Below the pieces are notes generated by a model, which did not search any database, had not been told where the DNA came from, and worked only from the letters and a program-made list of their open reading frames with translations. Source: an uncultured Candidatus Saccharibacteria bacterium (GTDB lineage: Bacteria > Patescibacteriota > Minisyncoccia > Phycocordibacterales > UBA5272). From it: DNA of 64,000 nt. The stretch is taken from contig CAZFBW010000003.1 of assembly GCA_964517625.1 (NCBI GenBank), positions 46,107 through 110,106 of the forward strand. Reading direction: 5' to 3'. Shown here in pieces: positions 17,445-27,509 of the stretch. How positions within the stretch are numbered: the stretch's first letter is position 1; every line of letters begins with the position of its first letter. Made by a program: the position numbers and the translations under genes.

Positions 17445-18164
17445 ATGCTCAAAGTACACAATGTAACAAAACATTTCGACAAGAAAAAAGCGGTTGATGG
17501 GGTTAGTTTTGAAATCAATAAAGGAGAAATTTTCTCTCTCATTGGCCCAAATTCGTCTGGAAAAACAACAATTATTAAAACAATTGCAGGATTACTCCAA
17601 CCAACATCAGGTTCTATTGAAATAGATGAAATAGATGTAAGCGAGAACGGAGAAAAAGCCAAAGCAAATCTAGGATACATTCCCGATGAACCAACAGTAT
17701 GGCCATATATGACAGGAGAAGAATTTCTCAATTTTACGCAAGCACTTTTTGGTGTAGATGAGCATAAGCGTATAGAAAATGTACCGAAGCTTTTAGATAC
17801 ATTTCATTTGCAGGGAGTTGAGAAGAGTTACTTTGAAGAATATTCGCGCGGGAATAAGCAAAAATTCAGCATTATTTCTGCAATGTCGCACCACCCGAAA
17901 TTACTCTTGATTGATGAACCAATCGTCGGCCTTGATCCGACAGGTGCAGAAATCGCTAAAAAACTTTTTGTAGATTATGCAAAGGATGGAGGTGCGGTAC
18001 TTCTTGTAACACACACACTTCCGGTTGCTGAAGAAATTTCACATCGTATTGGATTTTTGAAAGACGGCAAGCTCACCGCCGTCGGTACCCTCAAAGAATT
18101 GCGTGAAAAGTCCGGTCTTGGAGAGAATGCTTCGCTTGAAGATATTTATAAAAAGCTCGCATAG
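17445..18164 (+). CDS. ABC transporter ATP-binding protein
   Basis: Walker A GPNSSGKTT, signature YSRGNKQK, Walker B LLLIDEP, H-loop VTHTL. Confidence 0.85.
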   Translation: MLKVHNVTKHFDKKKAVDGVSFEINKGEIFSLIGPNSSGKTTIIKTIAGLLQPTSGSIEIDEIDVSENGEKAKANLGYIPDEPTVWPYMTGEEFLNFTQALFGVDEHKRIENVPKLLDTFHLQGVEKSYFEEYSRGNKQKFSIISAMSHHPKLLLIDEPIVGLDPTGAEIAKKLFVDYAKDGGAVLLVTHTLPVAEEISHRIGFLKDGKLTAVGTLKELREKSGLGENASLEDIYKKLA

Positions 18165-18165
18165 T

Positions 18166-19851
18166 ATGGACATGCTTTCACTCTATCTTCAGTTTGAGTT
18201 CGGCAAGTTTAGGAAATATTTTGCCACAAGGACAACGGCGAAGGCGATTACTGCCACTCTTTTTTTTGTGGTGTTTGGGTTTGTTGCTTTGGGTATCTAT
18301 TCATTTTTTATTTCTGGTTTTAGATATATCAACTACATGGTTGAGCCAGATTTTCGTCTGCCTCTTACACTTCTCATTTACGAACTTTTTTTACTTGTTT
18401 TGGCTGGTGTGATTGTTCTTGGTTCTATTGTTTCTGGACTTTTTAATCTTTTCCGTGGGGAAAATGATGCATGGTTTTTGAGCACGCCTGGGTACAAAAT
18501 ATTCCCAACGCTTATATTTACAAAAAGCATACTTGCTTCCGCTTGGCCGTTATTGGTTATGTTTTTGCCTGCCGTGCTTGCATTTAATAAAGTGTACTAT
18601 CTTGGATTGGCAAGCCTCTTACTTGTGCTTCTTTCGGTGATTACTCTTTTGTTTTTAACAAGCGCAACGACACTCTCAGTGGTTGTACTTATTGGATATG
18701 CGTATTACGCAATCTCAAAAGTATTCAAAGCATTGAGGTTTACATTTAAAGGGTTTATCTCGCTTCTTCTTGTTGCGATTGTTGCTAATCTGGCAATTGT
18801 TTGGAAAGTGGTAGCTTCACTTGATTTGGTAAAAATATTTAAGGCAGATGATGCGGATGCTCTCGTTACAGTTTCAAATATTGGAAGTTATTTTACACTG
18901 TACCCAACGCACCCGTTTGCGATGGAAATCATACGTTTACAAGAAGGTGGTTGGCAAGATGCTTTGATGTATGCGTCTCTACTTTTCTTATTCGCCGTAC
19001 TTGCGGTTGGTTTGTGGTTCTTTGCGTCTTCGTTTTTTTATCCGTTGTGGCAAGGTTTTCAGGAGGGAAGTTCACAGTCAAGAAATGATACTATGTCATT
19101 GCGTGTGCGCAACGGGTATCATTTCGAAGGAAGCGCTCTCACCGCCTTATTTAAAAAAGAAGCACTTGTTTCGAGTAGGAATTTCAAGGCTGTACTTTGG
19201 TTTTTGTTTCTCTTGTGCATTTGGCTCGTACAGATAGGGACTAGTTTTATCATGGAGCACAACGTTAGACGCCACGAAGTAGACATTAGTGCTACGCTCG
19301 CAACACTTCAGACGATTCAGTTTGTAGTCGCTACATACTTCATTTCCGCGTTTACGCTTCGTTTTGTGTTTCCGTCATTTAGTGTTGAGAAAAAAACGGC
19401 GTGGATTTTAGGTACTGCTCCGCTTTCCAAAACGCGAATATTTTTTGGGAAGTATTTATTTTACACATCATTTTTTGTCGTGGTTGGACTTTTGATGAAT
19501 TATATAAACATGAATGTTTTAGATATTGCTTTAGGGCAGGCTCTTTCTTCAACATTACTTTTGGCCTCCGTGATTGTTTTTATTGTAACGCTTGGACTTA
19601 CTGTTGGTGCGCTGTTTCCAAACAGAGAATCTGATGATCCGGAGGTTATCTCAACAAGCATGTCGGGGCTTTTCTTTACAGCGCTTGCACTTTTGTATGG
19701 AGCACTTGGTGCTTGGACACTTCATACATCATTACTTAAAAACGGAACATTTCTTCCACTACTTGTTCTTATAGTTGTTTCGATTATTTTAGTTGGGTTT
19801 ACTCTTGTTAAAATCCCGGAACTATTAAAGAGAGGGGTTTTTGGGGAATAG
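18166..19851 (+). CDS. Polytopic ABC-transporter-associated permease (561 aa)
   Basis: ATG 2 nt after the ATPase stop; >10 predicted TM segments. Confidence 0.55.
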   Translation: MDMLSLYLQFEFGKFRKYFATRTTAKAITATLFFVVFGFVALGIYSFFISGFRYINYMVEPDFRLPLTLLIYELFLLVLAGVIVLGSIVSGLFNLFRGENDAWFLSTPGYKIFPTLIFTKSILASAWPLLVMFLPAVLAFNKVYYLGLASLLLVLLSVITLLFLTSATTLSVVVLIGYAYYAISKVFKALRFTFKGFISLLLVAIVANLAIVWKVVASLDLVKIFKADDADALVTVSNIGSYFTLYPTHPFAMEIIRLQEGGWQDALMYASLLFLFAVLAVGLWFFASSFFYPLWQGFQEGSSQSRNDTMSLRVRNGYHFEGSALTALFKKEALVSSRNFKAVLWFLFLLCIWLVQIGTSFIMEHNVRRHEVDISATLATLQTIQFVVATYFISAFTLRFVFPSFSVEKKTAWILGTAPLSKTRIFFGKYLFYTSFFVVVGLLMNYINMNVLDIALGQALSSTLLLASVIVFIVTLGLTVGALFPNRESDDPEVISTSMSGLFFTALALLYGALGAWTLHTSLLKNGTFLPLLVLIVVSIILVGFTLVKIPELLKRGVFGE

Positions 19852-19862
19852 GGTTTTTCCTT

Positions 19863-21125
19863 TTATATATTGTTTCCTGCGACAAATCCGGTTGTCCAGC
19901 AAAGCTGTAAACTGTATCCGCCTGATGGTCGGTCGATGTCTAATACATCACCAATTAAAAATAAATTTGGTACAAGGCGGGATTGCATTGTTTTGAAATC
20001 AACCTCAGTAAGAAGAACGCCACCCGATAAAATGATTGCTTTTTCTTTTCCAAGTAATCCTTTAACGTGTAATTTGATATCTTTAATTTGTTTTGTGAGG
20101 GTTACGCGATCTTCGCTACTTACGCTGTGACAAAATGTTTCTCCATCAATACTGGCGAGTTTTAATACAATAGATACAAGTGGAGAGGGGATGAATAGCC
20201 CTAAAACATTTTTTAGTTTTTTATTACTTTCTTCTACGAGCACGGATTGTAAGCGCTGTTTTAAGGTGCCGGCATCAACGGAAGGGAACATATCAAGTGA
20301 AATTATCACCTCGCCATACTTTAAAAGTTCGCCAATATCTTTACTCATGTTTAAAACGGTTGGTCCGCTAATACCGGTGTGTGTAAACAAGAGTTTCCCT
20401 TTATAATTTTCTTGCTTTTGATTGTTTTGAAAGGTGGTGAGTTTGATTTCAGGAAGTGTGAGTCCACTTATTTTTTTAACCCACTCGTCAGAAAGGGCAA
20501 TAGGGACAAGAGCACCGGTGTCTTCTTTGACTGTGTGTCCAAACTTTTTAAGCCAGTTGAATCCTTCGCCAGTTGAACCAGTTTCTGGTCGAGAAAGTCC
20601 ACCGGTTGCAATAACGCAAGCTTTTGCGTGAATGTCATTTCCACTTTTTGTTTTAATAATAAAACCGTCATCTTCTTTGTTTTTTGAAATTCCACTCACA
20701 ACACTACTTTTCTGAATAGTCACTTTTCCTTCCTGCATGTACGTGTAGAGCACATCAAACACAGTTTGTGCAGAATCAGAAACAGGGAAAATGCGCCCCT
20801 CGTTTTCTTCCTTGGTTTTCATTCCTCGTTTGTTAAAAAACTCGAGTGTATTGGTGACATCAAACTGTGAAAATGCAGAAAAGAGGAATTTGTCATTTCC
20901 CTTGTACTTGGCGAGCATTTCGCGAGTATTTGTTTTGTTGTTGGTCACATTACACCTCCCACCGCCTGTTATAAGCAGTTTTTTGCCCAAAGCAGTGTTC
21001 TTTTCAAGAAGGAGAACCTTCTTACCACGCTCTGCGGCACGGCCGGCTGTCATCATTCCTGCTGGACCACCACCCACAACAACAACATCCCACACTGTGT
21101 GTGTTTCTTTTTTCAATAAAGCCAT
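19863..21125 (-). CDS. HI0933/BaiN-family NAD(P)/FAD-dependent flavoprotein
   Basis: VVVVGGGPAGMMTAGRAA dinucleotide fold; ITGGGRCNVTN; internal ATG (MALLKK) chosen. Confidence 0.7.
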   Translation of the reverse strand: MALLKKETHTVWDVVVVGGGPAGMMTAGRAAERGKKVLLLEKNTALGKKLLITGGGRCNVTNNKTNTREMLAKYKGNDKFLFSAFSQFDVTNTLEFFNKRGMKTKEENEGRIFPVSDSAQTVFDVLYTYMQEGKVTIQKSSVVSGISKNKEDDGFIIKTKSGNDIHAKACVIATGGLSRPETGSTGEGFNWLKKFGHTVKEDTGALVPIALSDEWVKKISGLTLPEIKLTTFQNNQKQENYKGKLLFTHTGISGPTVLNMSKDIGELLKYGEVIISLDMFPSVDAGTLKQRLQSVLVEESNKKLKNVLGLFIPSPLVSIVLKLASIDGETFCHSVSSEDRVTLTKQIKDIKLHVKGLLGKEKAIILSGGVLLTEVDFKTMQSRLVPNLFLIGDVLDIDRPSGGYSLQLCWTTGFVAGNNI

Positions 21126-21271
21126 TATACCACGATTTTGAAAATATTGACAGAGGTATTTTTTTGTTGTTTTAGGATGAGCGTTTTGACTTTTTGTTGC
21201 TCTGGAAGTAGCATACACACTAATTGTTCTTCAGATGTACTGGATAGTGATTTCCTTGAAAAGGGGAACGT

Positions 21272-21688
21272 ATGAATCCTGAACAATTCTTGGATTTGCA
21301 AGAGTGTGAACAAGTCAGTTTACGAAACGGTGATGGGGCAGTCTACATCATTCATCAAAAACACGGATACGCACTTCTTGTTGCACATGTCGCACTCATT
21401 TTGAAAGACAAGATCAAAGAATGGTGTTTCTTAAATGAACGGCAGGTTGAACGGCTTGAAGACATGAGTGTCGGTATGCAGGTTGCACGCAGGCATCCGA
21501 ACCCTGAATATCACATCATCACAGAAGTGAATCATGATTACGCAATCGCGGTGCGAACGCCGTTTGTGCGTCTGCGTAATGCCGAGAGTTGGGTTTGTGT
21601 GGTTGGTGGTAGGAAGCAGTCAGCAATTCTTGTGGACGCTGTTGGTCCTGAGGTAGCATCAGGGGTTGGCAAGATTTCACCAACGTAA
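21272..21688 (+). CDS. Hypothetical protein (138 aa)
   Basis: AAAGGGGA RBS. Confidence 0.45.
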   Translation: MNPEQFLDLQECEQVSLRNGDGAVYIIHQKHGYALLVAHVALILKDKIKEWCFLNERQVERLEDMSVGMQVARRHPNPEYHIITEVNHDYAIAVRTPFVRLRNAESWVCVVGGRKQSAILVDAVGPEVASGVGKISPT

Positions 21689-21723
21689 TTTTTGATAGTC
21701 TAACCACCAAAGAAGGAGGCCAC

Positions 21724-22143
21724 ATGAGCGATGGACAAAAAGGACTTTACTTTGCACATCCTATCAACACGTACAACACACCGCTCGAAGCTTCATTGCT
21801 CGAAGCAATCAAGCAAGCTTTTCCGGACCAAGTGATTCTCAATCCGAACTCTCCGGAGCATCAGGCAGGATTTCAGCAGTACAAGGAAGCAGGGAATTCG
21901 ATGCTTTATTTCAGCAAAGAAGTTTTGCCTTCCTGTCTCGGATGTGTTGCACTTCCATTTCCTGATGGTAAGTGGGGTGCAGGTGTGTACAAGGAAATGC
22001 TCGACATCTTTGTGATGGGTTTCCCGCTTTGGTCAATTGACCCCCTCACAAAAATTTCGGAACTTCCGGAACTTCCTGGTGGTGTTATCACGATTGCTGA
22101 AACCAGGCGACGCATCAAGTTGCCCTACGAGGAAGCCGTGTAA
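21724..22143 (+). CDS. Hypothetical protein, possibly nucleoside 2-deoxyribosyltransferase-like Rossmann fold (weak)
   Basis: GAAGGAGG RBS; GLYFAHPINTY N-terminus. Confidence 0.35.
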   Translation: MSDGQKGLYFAHPINTYNTPLEASLLEAIKQAFPDQVILNPNSPEHQAGFQQYKEAGNSMLYFSKEVLPSCLGCVALPFPDGKWGAGVYKEMLDIFVMGFPLWSIDPLTKISELPELPGGVITIAETRRRIKLPYEEAV

Positions 22144-22167
22144 GTCACTCAAATCAAGACATCTACT

Positions 22168-22198
22168 AAAAACCCGTGCTGTGTGCACGGGTTTTTTC
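22168..22198. terminator. Bidirectional terminator (AAAACCCGTGC-tgtgt-GCACGGGTTTTTT)
   Basis: Perfect stem + T6. Confidence 0.75.
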
Positions 22199-22210
22199 TT
22201 TTGTTACATT

Positions 22211-22597
22211 CTAATGGTGAACGTTTTGGTCGTGGTGGGCAACGATACGGCCGTACTTATCTTCAAGGCGTTCAATATCATTTTCATCAAAAACACCCAT
22301 TGCAACCTCCAAAAAAACAATTGGCTCATCAGTTGATTCCATGCGATGCGTGGTGCCACGAGGAATGGTATACACTTGTCCAACGACAACCGGGGCTCGT
22401 TCATCGTGAAGTGTTACGAATCCTTTACCAGAAAGCACTTTCCAAAATTCGTCACGATTAGAATGTTTTTGCAACGAAAAACCTTGGCCAGGAGCAACAG
22501 TAATTATTTTTACAGTTGACTGTTGGTTTAATGTGAACTGTTCAAACTGTCCCCACGGGCGCTGTTCTATAAAATGGTGTTCTAGGTTATCTATCAT
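22211..22597 (-). CDS. Cupin-domain protein (mannose-6-phosphate isomerase type II C-terminal cupin-like)
   Basis: RPWG..E.F.......VK.I.V.PG...SLQ.H..R.E.W.VL.G. Confidence 0.6.
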   Translation of the reverse strand: MIDNLEHHFIEQRPWGQFEQFTLNQQSTVKIITVAPGQGFSLQKHSNRDEFWKVLSGKGFVTLHDERAPVVVGQVYTIPRGTTHRMESTDEPIVFLEVAMGVFDENDIERLEDKYGRIVAHHDQNVHH

Positions 22598-22652
22598 AAT
22601 ATTTCAAGTATAGTATGTGTTTTCAAAACCATGCTGTGGACTACCAACCACA

Positions 22653-22690
22653 CAAAGAAAACCCACGCAATATATTGCGTGGGTTTTCTT
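22653..22690 (-). terminator. Terminator palindrome AAAACCCACGCAATA|TATTGCGTGGGTTTT
   Basis: Downstream of the DsrE-like gene on minus strand. Confidence 0.7.
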
Positions 22691-22702
22691 TAATATAATG
22701 AA

Positions 22703-23176
22703 TTAAACAAAGATAATCTGCACACCATCAACCTGTGCTCGTTCGTAAAACTGTCCAACTGTAAGAATTCCATCCAAGTCGTCACGCATATCTTCCTTTT
22801 TTAGTTTGAACATATCCATTGCAAGCTTGCATCCGTAGAGTTTTCCACCCGCTGCCTTAATCATATCCAAAAATTCAGGTACTGGAGGAATATCAAGTTC
22901 TTCCATACCTTTCATCATCATGGATGTTGCCAGTGCTTCCATACCAGGAACTGCACCAACAACGGTTGGAATATGCATTGCTGGATTACCGACAGTTGCG
23001 ACATGTAAATGTTTTGCCTTTTCTTTGTGGATTGCCTCAAGTCCAAAAAAGGTGAAGAACATCTCTGCTTCCATTCCTTCGCTTAATGCTCCGTTTGCAA
23101 GCACGAGCGATGCGTAGACGCTCTCAATGGTTGCTTTTGAGTTGATAACGAGTACTCGTTTTAGTTTTTTATCCAT
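22703..23176 (-). CDS. DsrE/DsrF-like family protein (DsrE_2-type sulfur relay/peroxiredoxin-like)
   Basis: KRVLVINSKATIESVYASLVLANGAL..GMEAEMFFTFFGL pattern. Confidence 0.6.
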   Translation of the reverse strand: MDKKLKRVLVINSKATIESVYASLVLANGALSEGMEAEMFFTFFGLEAIHKEKAKHLHVATVGNPAMHIPTVVGAVPGMEALATSMMMKGMEELDIPPVPEFLDMIKAAGGKLYGCKLAMDMFKLKKEDMRDDLDGILTVGQFYERAQVDGVQIIFV

Positions 23177-23201
23177 AGATGTGAAATTAGGTTATGTAAT
23201 A

Positions 23202-23513
23202 TTATAAGCAACTCATTGGCTTCATGAGTCCTGCAATTTTTGATGCATTCTTAAGCGGTCCGCCAGGGAAGAGGGTGTAGAATTCTTTAATGTCTACAAT
23301 TCCAGAGGAACCAACCTGGCGAATTGATAGGTGCGCTCCGCCTGAATCTTGGTCACGCAACCACTTGATAACTGCCCAGTGTTTTTCTGTTAGATCATTG
23401 ATACCAGTTTCTTTTGCAATTTCTTTTGCAATATCTTCATTCCAATCATTTTTATTGGTGAGATATCCTTCTTCGTTTACATCCACTTCTTTGGTAGCGA
23501 TAGTTTTTAGCAT
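23202..23513 (-). CDS. TusE/DsrC/DsvC-family sulfur relay protein
   Basis: Family-sized (103 aa) with conserved C-terminal ...KPMSCL penultimate Cys. Confidence 0.65.
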   Translation of the reverse strand: MLKTIATKEVDVNEEGYLTNKNDWNEDIAKEIAKETGINDLTEKHWAVIKWLRDQDSGGAHLSIRQVGSSGIVDIKEFYTLFPGGPLKNASKIAGLMKPMSCL

Positions 23514-23517
23514 AATT

Positions 23518-24774
23518 TTATTTTTTAATATCTTTTCCGGCTAATGGCACATTCGGACCAACGAAAGGAATCGAGAATCCGCGCATGAGTACATTCCAGT
23601 ATATATAACGAAACACAAGTTTGCCTAGGTGGTTTATCCTCGTTGCTTTAAGCAATGAGAAAGGTCCAACAAGAGGCAGTGGAAATGTTCCTGTAACAGG
23701 TTCTATATCATATCCGAAATCAACTAAAAGTGCTTTGTCGTTACCTGACTCCACATAGCAGTTTGCGTGACCGTCAAATTTGGCAGACAGCGGTTTTCCT
23801 TCAAGGAAACTTAAGATATTTTCTTCCAAGATTTCTGCTTCAAAATGAGCAACCGAACCTGCCTTTGATGCGGGGATATTGGTCGCATCGCCAATGACAA
23901 ACATGTTCTGGTATTTTTGTGATTGGAGTGTTTGCTTGTCGGTTGGGATGAAATTAAGTTCATCACCTAACCCTGAACGCTTAATAAGCGCATCGCCCAT
24001 ATTTGGTGGGACAGTTACAAGCAAATCAAAAGGGACAGTCTTTTCATCGTATGAACGAATAAGGTTTTCCTTTTCGTCAACTTCAGAGATGCCAAAATCT
24101 GGAACAAGCTTAATGTTCCTCTCTGAGAGCATTCCTCCTAAAACACGAGACGCTTCTGGTTTAGTAAAAGCACCAGACAGAGGGGTAACATAGGAAATCT
24201 CTACCTTGTCACGCATATTTTTCTTTTTGAAATAATCATCGAGAAGAAAAACAAACTCAAGCGGGGCAACGGGGCACTTGATTGGCATTTCAGAAATATG
24301 CATTACGATCTTGCCTCCCGTGAAGGCGGTAAGTGCGGTATGAAGCGCGGTTGCTCCTTCTATCGTATAGAAATCATGAATTGTTTTATGGTAGCGCTCA
24401 CCTGACATGTTTGTTACCTGGTCAGGAGCGATATTTGCGCCAGTTGCAACAATGAGAATGTCGTAGGGAAGAATACTTGCATTGCTTAAAATAACTTCGT
24501 TTTTGTCGGCATCAATCTTTTCTACTGCGCTCTCAATGTAGGTTGCACCGCGCGGAATGAAATCCGTTCGTTTTTTGAGCAAATCCTCCTCTGTATATCT
24601 TCCAAAAGGAACGAAAAGGAATCCTGGTTGGTAGTAATGTTTTTCATTTTGATCAACAACAGTTAGTTCAAAGTTGTATTTTTGCTTATGAAAAGCGAGG
24701 CGATTGGCAATCATGGTTCCGGCGGTACCTGCACCGAGAATGAGTATTTTCTTTTTTTGAGTTGATTGTTCCAT
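23518..24774 (-). CDS. FAD-dependent pyridine nucleotide-disulfide oxidoreductase, sulfide:quinone oxidoreductase-like
   Basis: ILILGAGTAGT FAD fold; HYYQPGFLFVPFG; context with TusE/DsrE. Confidence 0.6.
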   Translation of the reverse strand: MEQSTQKKKILILGAGTAGTMIANRLAFHKQKYNFELTVVDQNEKHYYQPGFLFVPFGRYTEEDLLKKRTDFIPRGATYIESAVEKIDADKNEVILSNASILPYDILIVATGANIAPDQVTNMSGERYHKTIHDFYTIEGATALHTALTAFTGGKIVMHISEMPIKCPVAPLEFVFLLDDYFKKKNMRDKVEISYVTPLSGAFTKPEASRVLGGMLSERNIKLVPDFGISEVDEKENLIRSYDEKTVPFDLLVTVPPNMGDALIKRSGLGDELNFIPTDKQTLQSQKYQNMFVIGDATNIPASKAGSVAHFEAEILEENILSFLEGKPLSAKFDGHANCYVESGNDKALLVDFGYDIEPVTGTFPLPLVGPFSLLKATRINHLGKLVFRYIYWNVLMRGFSIPFVGPNVPLAGKDIKK

Positions 24775-24856
24775 GTGTGTTGTGGGTGTTGTCCTAATAA
24801 TACATTTAAGTTTAGCATGAGGGAGTCGTGTGTTTGTGTTTACAAATAAAAAAAAC

Positions 24857-24874
24857 TGTCGACGCGTGTCGACA
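24857..24874. promoter_or_regulatory. Palindrome TGTCGAC-gcgt-GTCGACA in the divergent promoter region between SQR operon and yciB
   Basis: 7-bp perfect inverted repeat flanked by A8 and T4; not downstream of any gene, so candidate operator. Confidence 0.3.
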
Positions 24875-24940
24875 TTTTGATTGTATTACTTACATCATTA
24901 GCACCAAGGGCATCTTTCTAGTATCCTGTATTGAATACTT

Positions 24941-25513
24941 ATGTATCTTCGTCTTCTCATTAATACGCTTTGTGAATTTGTTCCAATCGCAAGTTTTGTT
25001 GCAGTAAGTGAATATGTTGATTTTATACAAGGCGTGAAAGTTTTAATTATTACAACAATTATTGCAACCCTTGTATCCTGGTATACAGAAAAACATATTC
25101 CCAAATTTGGCATTACGGCAGCGATAACAATTCTATTATTTGGTTTTTTGACGCTTTACTTCGATGACCCATTTTTTATTATCATTAAGGATACCTTGTA
25201 TTATGCTGGTTTTGCGGTAGCCCTTCTTATTGGTATGTGGCAAAAGAGGTTCGTTTTTAAATTCTTCTTTGATGATTTTTTCGCTATGACCGACAGGGGA
25301 TGGAGAATTCTTGAAAAAAGGTGGATTGTTTTTTTTATTGTGCTTGCGGTTGCAAATGAAATTGCTCGCGCGAACCTTTCTCCTCATCTTTGGGCTGAAT
25401 ATAAGTTCGTTGTATTGCTCATTACCTGGGTTTTTGGCTTCTACCAACTTACTCTTTCCAAAAAAGAACGATTACCAGAGGCAAGCGAGCTCGGACTACG
25501 CATTAAAGGATAG
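24941..25513 (+). CDS. yciB: YciB/IspZ-family inner membrane protein (intracellular septation protein A)
   Basis: Collinear with E. coli YciB: LTLYFDDPFFIIIKDTLYYAGFAVALLIGMW; WIVFFIVLAVANE; YKFVVLLITWVFGFY. Confidence 0.6.
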   Translation: MYLRLLINTLCEFVPIASFVAVSEYVDFIQGVKVLIITTIIATLVSWYTEKHIPKFGITAAITILLFGFLTLYFDDPFFIIIKDTLYYAGFAVALLIGMWQKRFVFKFFFDDFFAMTDRGWRILEKRWIVFFIVLAVANEIARANLSPHLWAEYKFVVLLITWVFGFYQLTLSKKERLPEASELGLRIKG

Positions 25514-25528
25514 TTGATACAAAATTGA

Positions 25529-25558
25529 GAAACGCCCAAGTAGTTGGGCGTTTTTTTT
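25529..25558 (+). terminator. Terminator (AACGCCCAA-gtag-TTGGGCGTT + T8)
   Basis: Perfect stem + long T-run. Confidence 0.8.
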
Positions 25559-25672
25559 GGTGTGTATTAAGTATTTGCAGACAAATGTGCAGGAGATACA
25601 CTTATGGGTAGGGTGTCTTGAATGTTTATGATTCGTTTATTTATTAAATAATTCATATTTTATATTTATTGT

Positions 25673-25870
25673 ATGCTTTCACTCGTTGCTCGCATTCTGG
25701 TTATTGTGGGTGGTGTTAACTGGGGACTTGTCGGTCTCGGCATGCTTCTTGGTAAAGGAGATGTATGGAATGTTGTGCGCATGATTCTTGGATCAGTTTC
25801 ATGGTTGGAGGCAGTTGTCTATCTACTTGTTGGTGTTGCTGCTGTGTATATGGCAATACCTCGTCAATAG
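25673..25870 (+). CDS. DUF378-family small membrane protein
   Basis: VIVGGVNWGLVGL motif, 2 TM, 65 aa. Confidence 0.6.
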   Translation: MLSLVARILVIVGGVNWGLVGLGMLLGKGDVWNVVRMILGSVSWLEAVVYLLVGVAAVYMAIPRQ

Positions 25871-25891
25871 TTAGCAATTTAAAACCAAAAC

Positions 25892-25918
25892 AAAAAATGG
25901 ACATCCGGTCCATTTTTT
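25892..25918. terminator. Bidirectional terminator (AAAAAATGGAC-atccg-GTCCATTTTTT)
   Basis: Perfect stem between convergent genes. Confidence 0.75.
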
Positions 25919-25931
25919 GTTTCTTATAATA

Positions 25932-26189
25932 TTACGAGTTAATTCTAAAAAATGTTCGCATTCTTTTTGCGAGACGATGGTACCAGTGCTCTACATGATG
26001 GTTCTTTCTAGCAAAGTGTTCAAGGCGCCCTTCAAGGTATTTGCTTTCAAAAGAAAGCAAGATAAGTCCGATGACAATTGGAATTACTCCATTTAGTATC
26101 GGAAGCACAAGTCCAAAGATACCAACTAAGAGTAAAACGACGGCGAGGGTTATGCGAAATATTTTTTTAATGCGAGCTACGCTTAACAT
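25932..26189 (-). CDS. Small membrane protein (YbaN/PGPGW-like?)
   Basis: 2 TM, GLVLPILNGVIP motif. Confidence 0.35.
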   Translation of the reverse strand: MLSVARIKKIFRITLAVVLLLVGIFGLVLPILNGVIPIVIGLILLSFESKYLEGRLEHFARKNHHVEHWYHRLAKRMRTFFRINS

Positions 26190-26383
26190 TGGATGTAGTA
26201 TAGCAAGAGTTTTTCTTTAAGAGGGGGACACTTGGTAAAAATGTGTTCGACAAGGTATTTATCCACAGAGCAAATAGTGACACCTGGTATACACTTGTAG
26301 GTATATAGAGTGGTTGGGAGGCCTACTTTTTGTCATTTTCTCATGAGCACATTATCTACAACAACATTTTATAAACCATAGCT

Positions 26384-27496
26384 ATGTTCTACTCATTTTT
26401 CCTTCTCCTTGTCGTTGTCTTTGCAACAATCTCCTACGATAAATATTTGCGTAGTGACGGGAAAGGGCGACTTAGTAAAAAATTTCCAAGAATCAAACGC
26501 GTTGAACATCCGCTTCATCGTGCTCACCATAACCCACTCATTTCTCCTACTCCATATAGTAGCTGGCAATCAGAGTGCGCGTTCAATCCAGCTGTCATTC
26601 AAGACGAAGAGGGTAAGGTACATCTTATTTATAGAGCAATCGGCGCTGACGGTGTTTCAAGGTTTGGTTATGCGTCAAGCAAGGATGGTTTTCATTTTGA
26701 TGAGCGCTGTCCATATCCTGTGTTTGAGGCGGCCGCACTCGGGCGCCAAAATCGTGGAACACGCAAGTATGATCCAGTGTTGTATCCATCAGGCGGGAGC
26801 TGGGGAGGATTTGAAGACCCTCGTACTGTTTTAATTGGGGATAGAATGTACATGACATTTATTGCCTTCGGTGGTTGGCAGTCGATTCGTATCGGCCTTA
26901 CGTCCATTTCTCTTTCAGATTTGAAGCAAAAGAAATGGAATTGGAAAGAACCAATCTTTATTTCTCCAGAAGGTGAGCGCCACAAGAACTGGGTACTCTT
27001 CCCAGAAAAAATTAATGGCAAGTTTGCAATTTTCCATGGTATTGCTCCAAAAATCTATGTTGATTATGTTGATTCATTAACAGAACCATTTACGATTCAA
27101 AGTCCTCGCCCTGAAGGCCCTCAGCCTGGTCGTAAGGGCTTCTGGGATAACCGTATGCGCGGTATTGGCCCTCCACCAATCAAAACAGGCTTGGGATGGC
27201 TTATTCTTTATCATGCTATTGACCAGCTTGAACCTCATAAGTACAAACTTGGAGCAATGGTTCTTGATTTGCACGACCCAACAAAAATACTCTACCGAGC
27301 ACCGGAACCAATTCTTTCTCCTGATATGCATTATGAAAATGATGGTAAGCCGGGCATTGTATATGCATCTGGTGCAGTTGTTCGCAATGATATTCTCTAT
27401 GTGTACTACGGTGGTGGTGATAAGCATGTCTGCATTGCACAGACCCCACTTAACGATTTACTCGACTATCTTGTACGTCACGGCAAGGAAGCTTAA
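26384..27496 (+). CDS. Glycoside hydrolase family 130 protein (mannoside phosphorylase-like, DUF377)
   Basis: FNP..I....G....YRA.......S..GYA.S.DG..F; FPEKINGKF; YGGGD. Confidence 0.75.
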   Translation: MFYSFFLLLVVVFATISYDKYLRSDGKGRLSKKFPRIKRVEHPLHRAHHNPLISPTPYSSWQSECAFNPAVIQDEEGKVHLIYRAIGADGVSRFGYASSKDGFHFDERCPYPVFEAAALGRQNRGTRKYDPVLYPSGGSWGGFEDPRTVLIGDRMYMTFIAFGGWQSIRIGLTSISLSDLKQKKWNWKEPIFISPEGERHKNWVLFPEKINGKFAIFHGIAPKIYVDYVDSLTEPFTIQSPRPEGPQPGRKGFWDNRMRGIGPPPIKTGLGWLILYHAIDQLEPHKYKLGAMVLDLHDPTKILYRAPEPILSPDMHYENDGKPGIVYASGAVVRNDILYVYYGGGDKHVCIAQTPLNDLLDYLVRHGKEA

Positions 27497-27509
27497 TTAC
27501 TTATGATAT

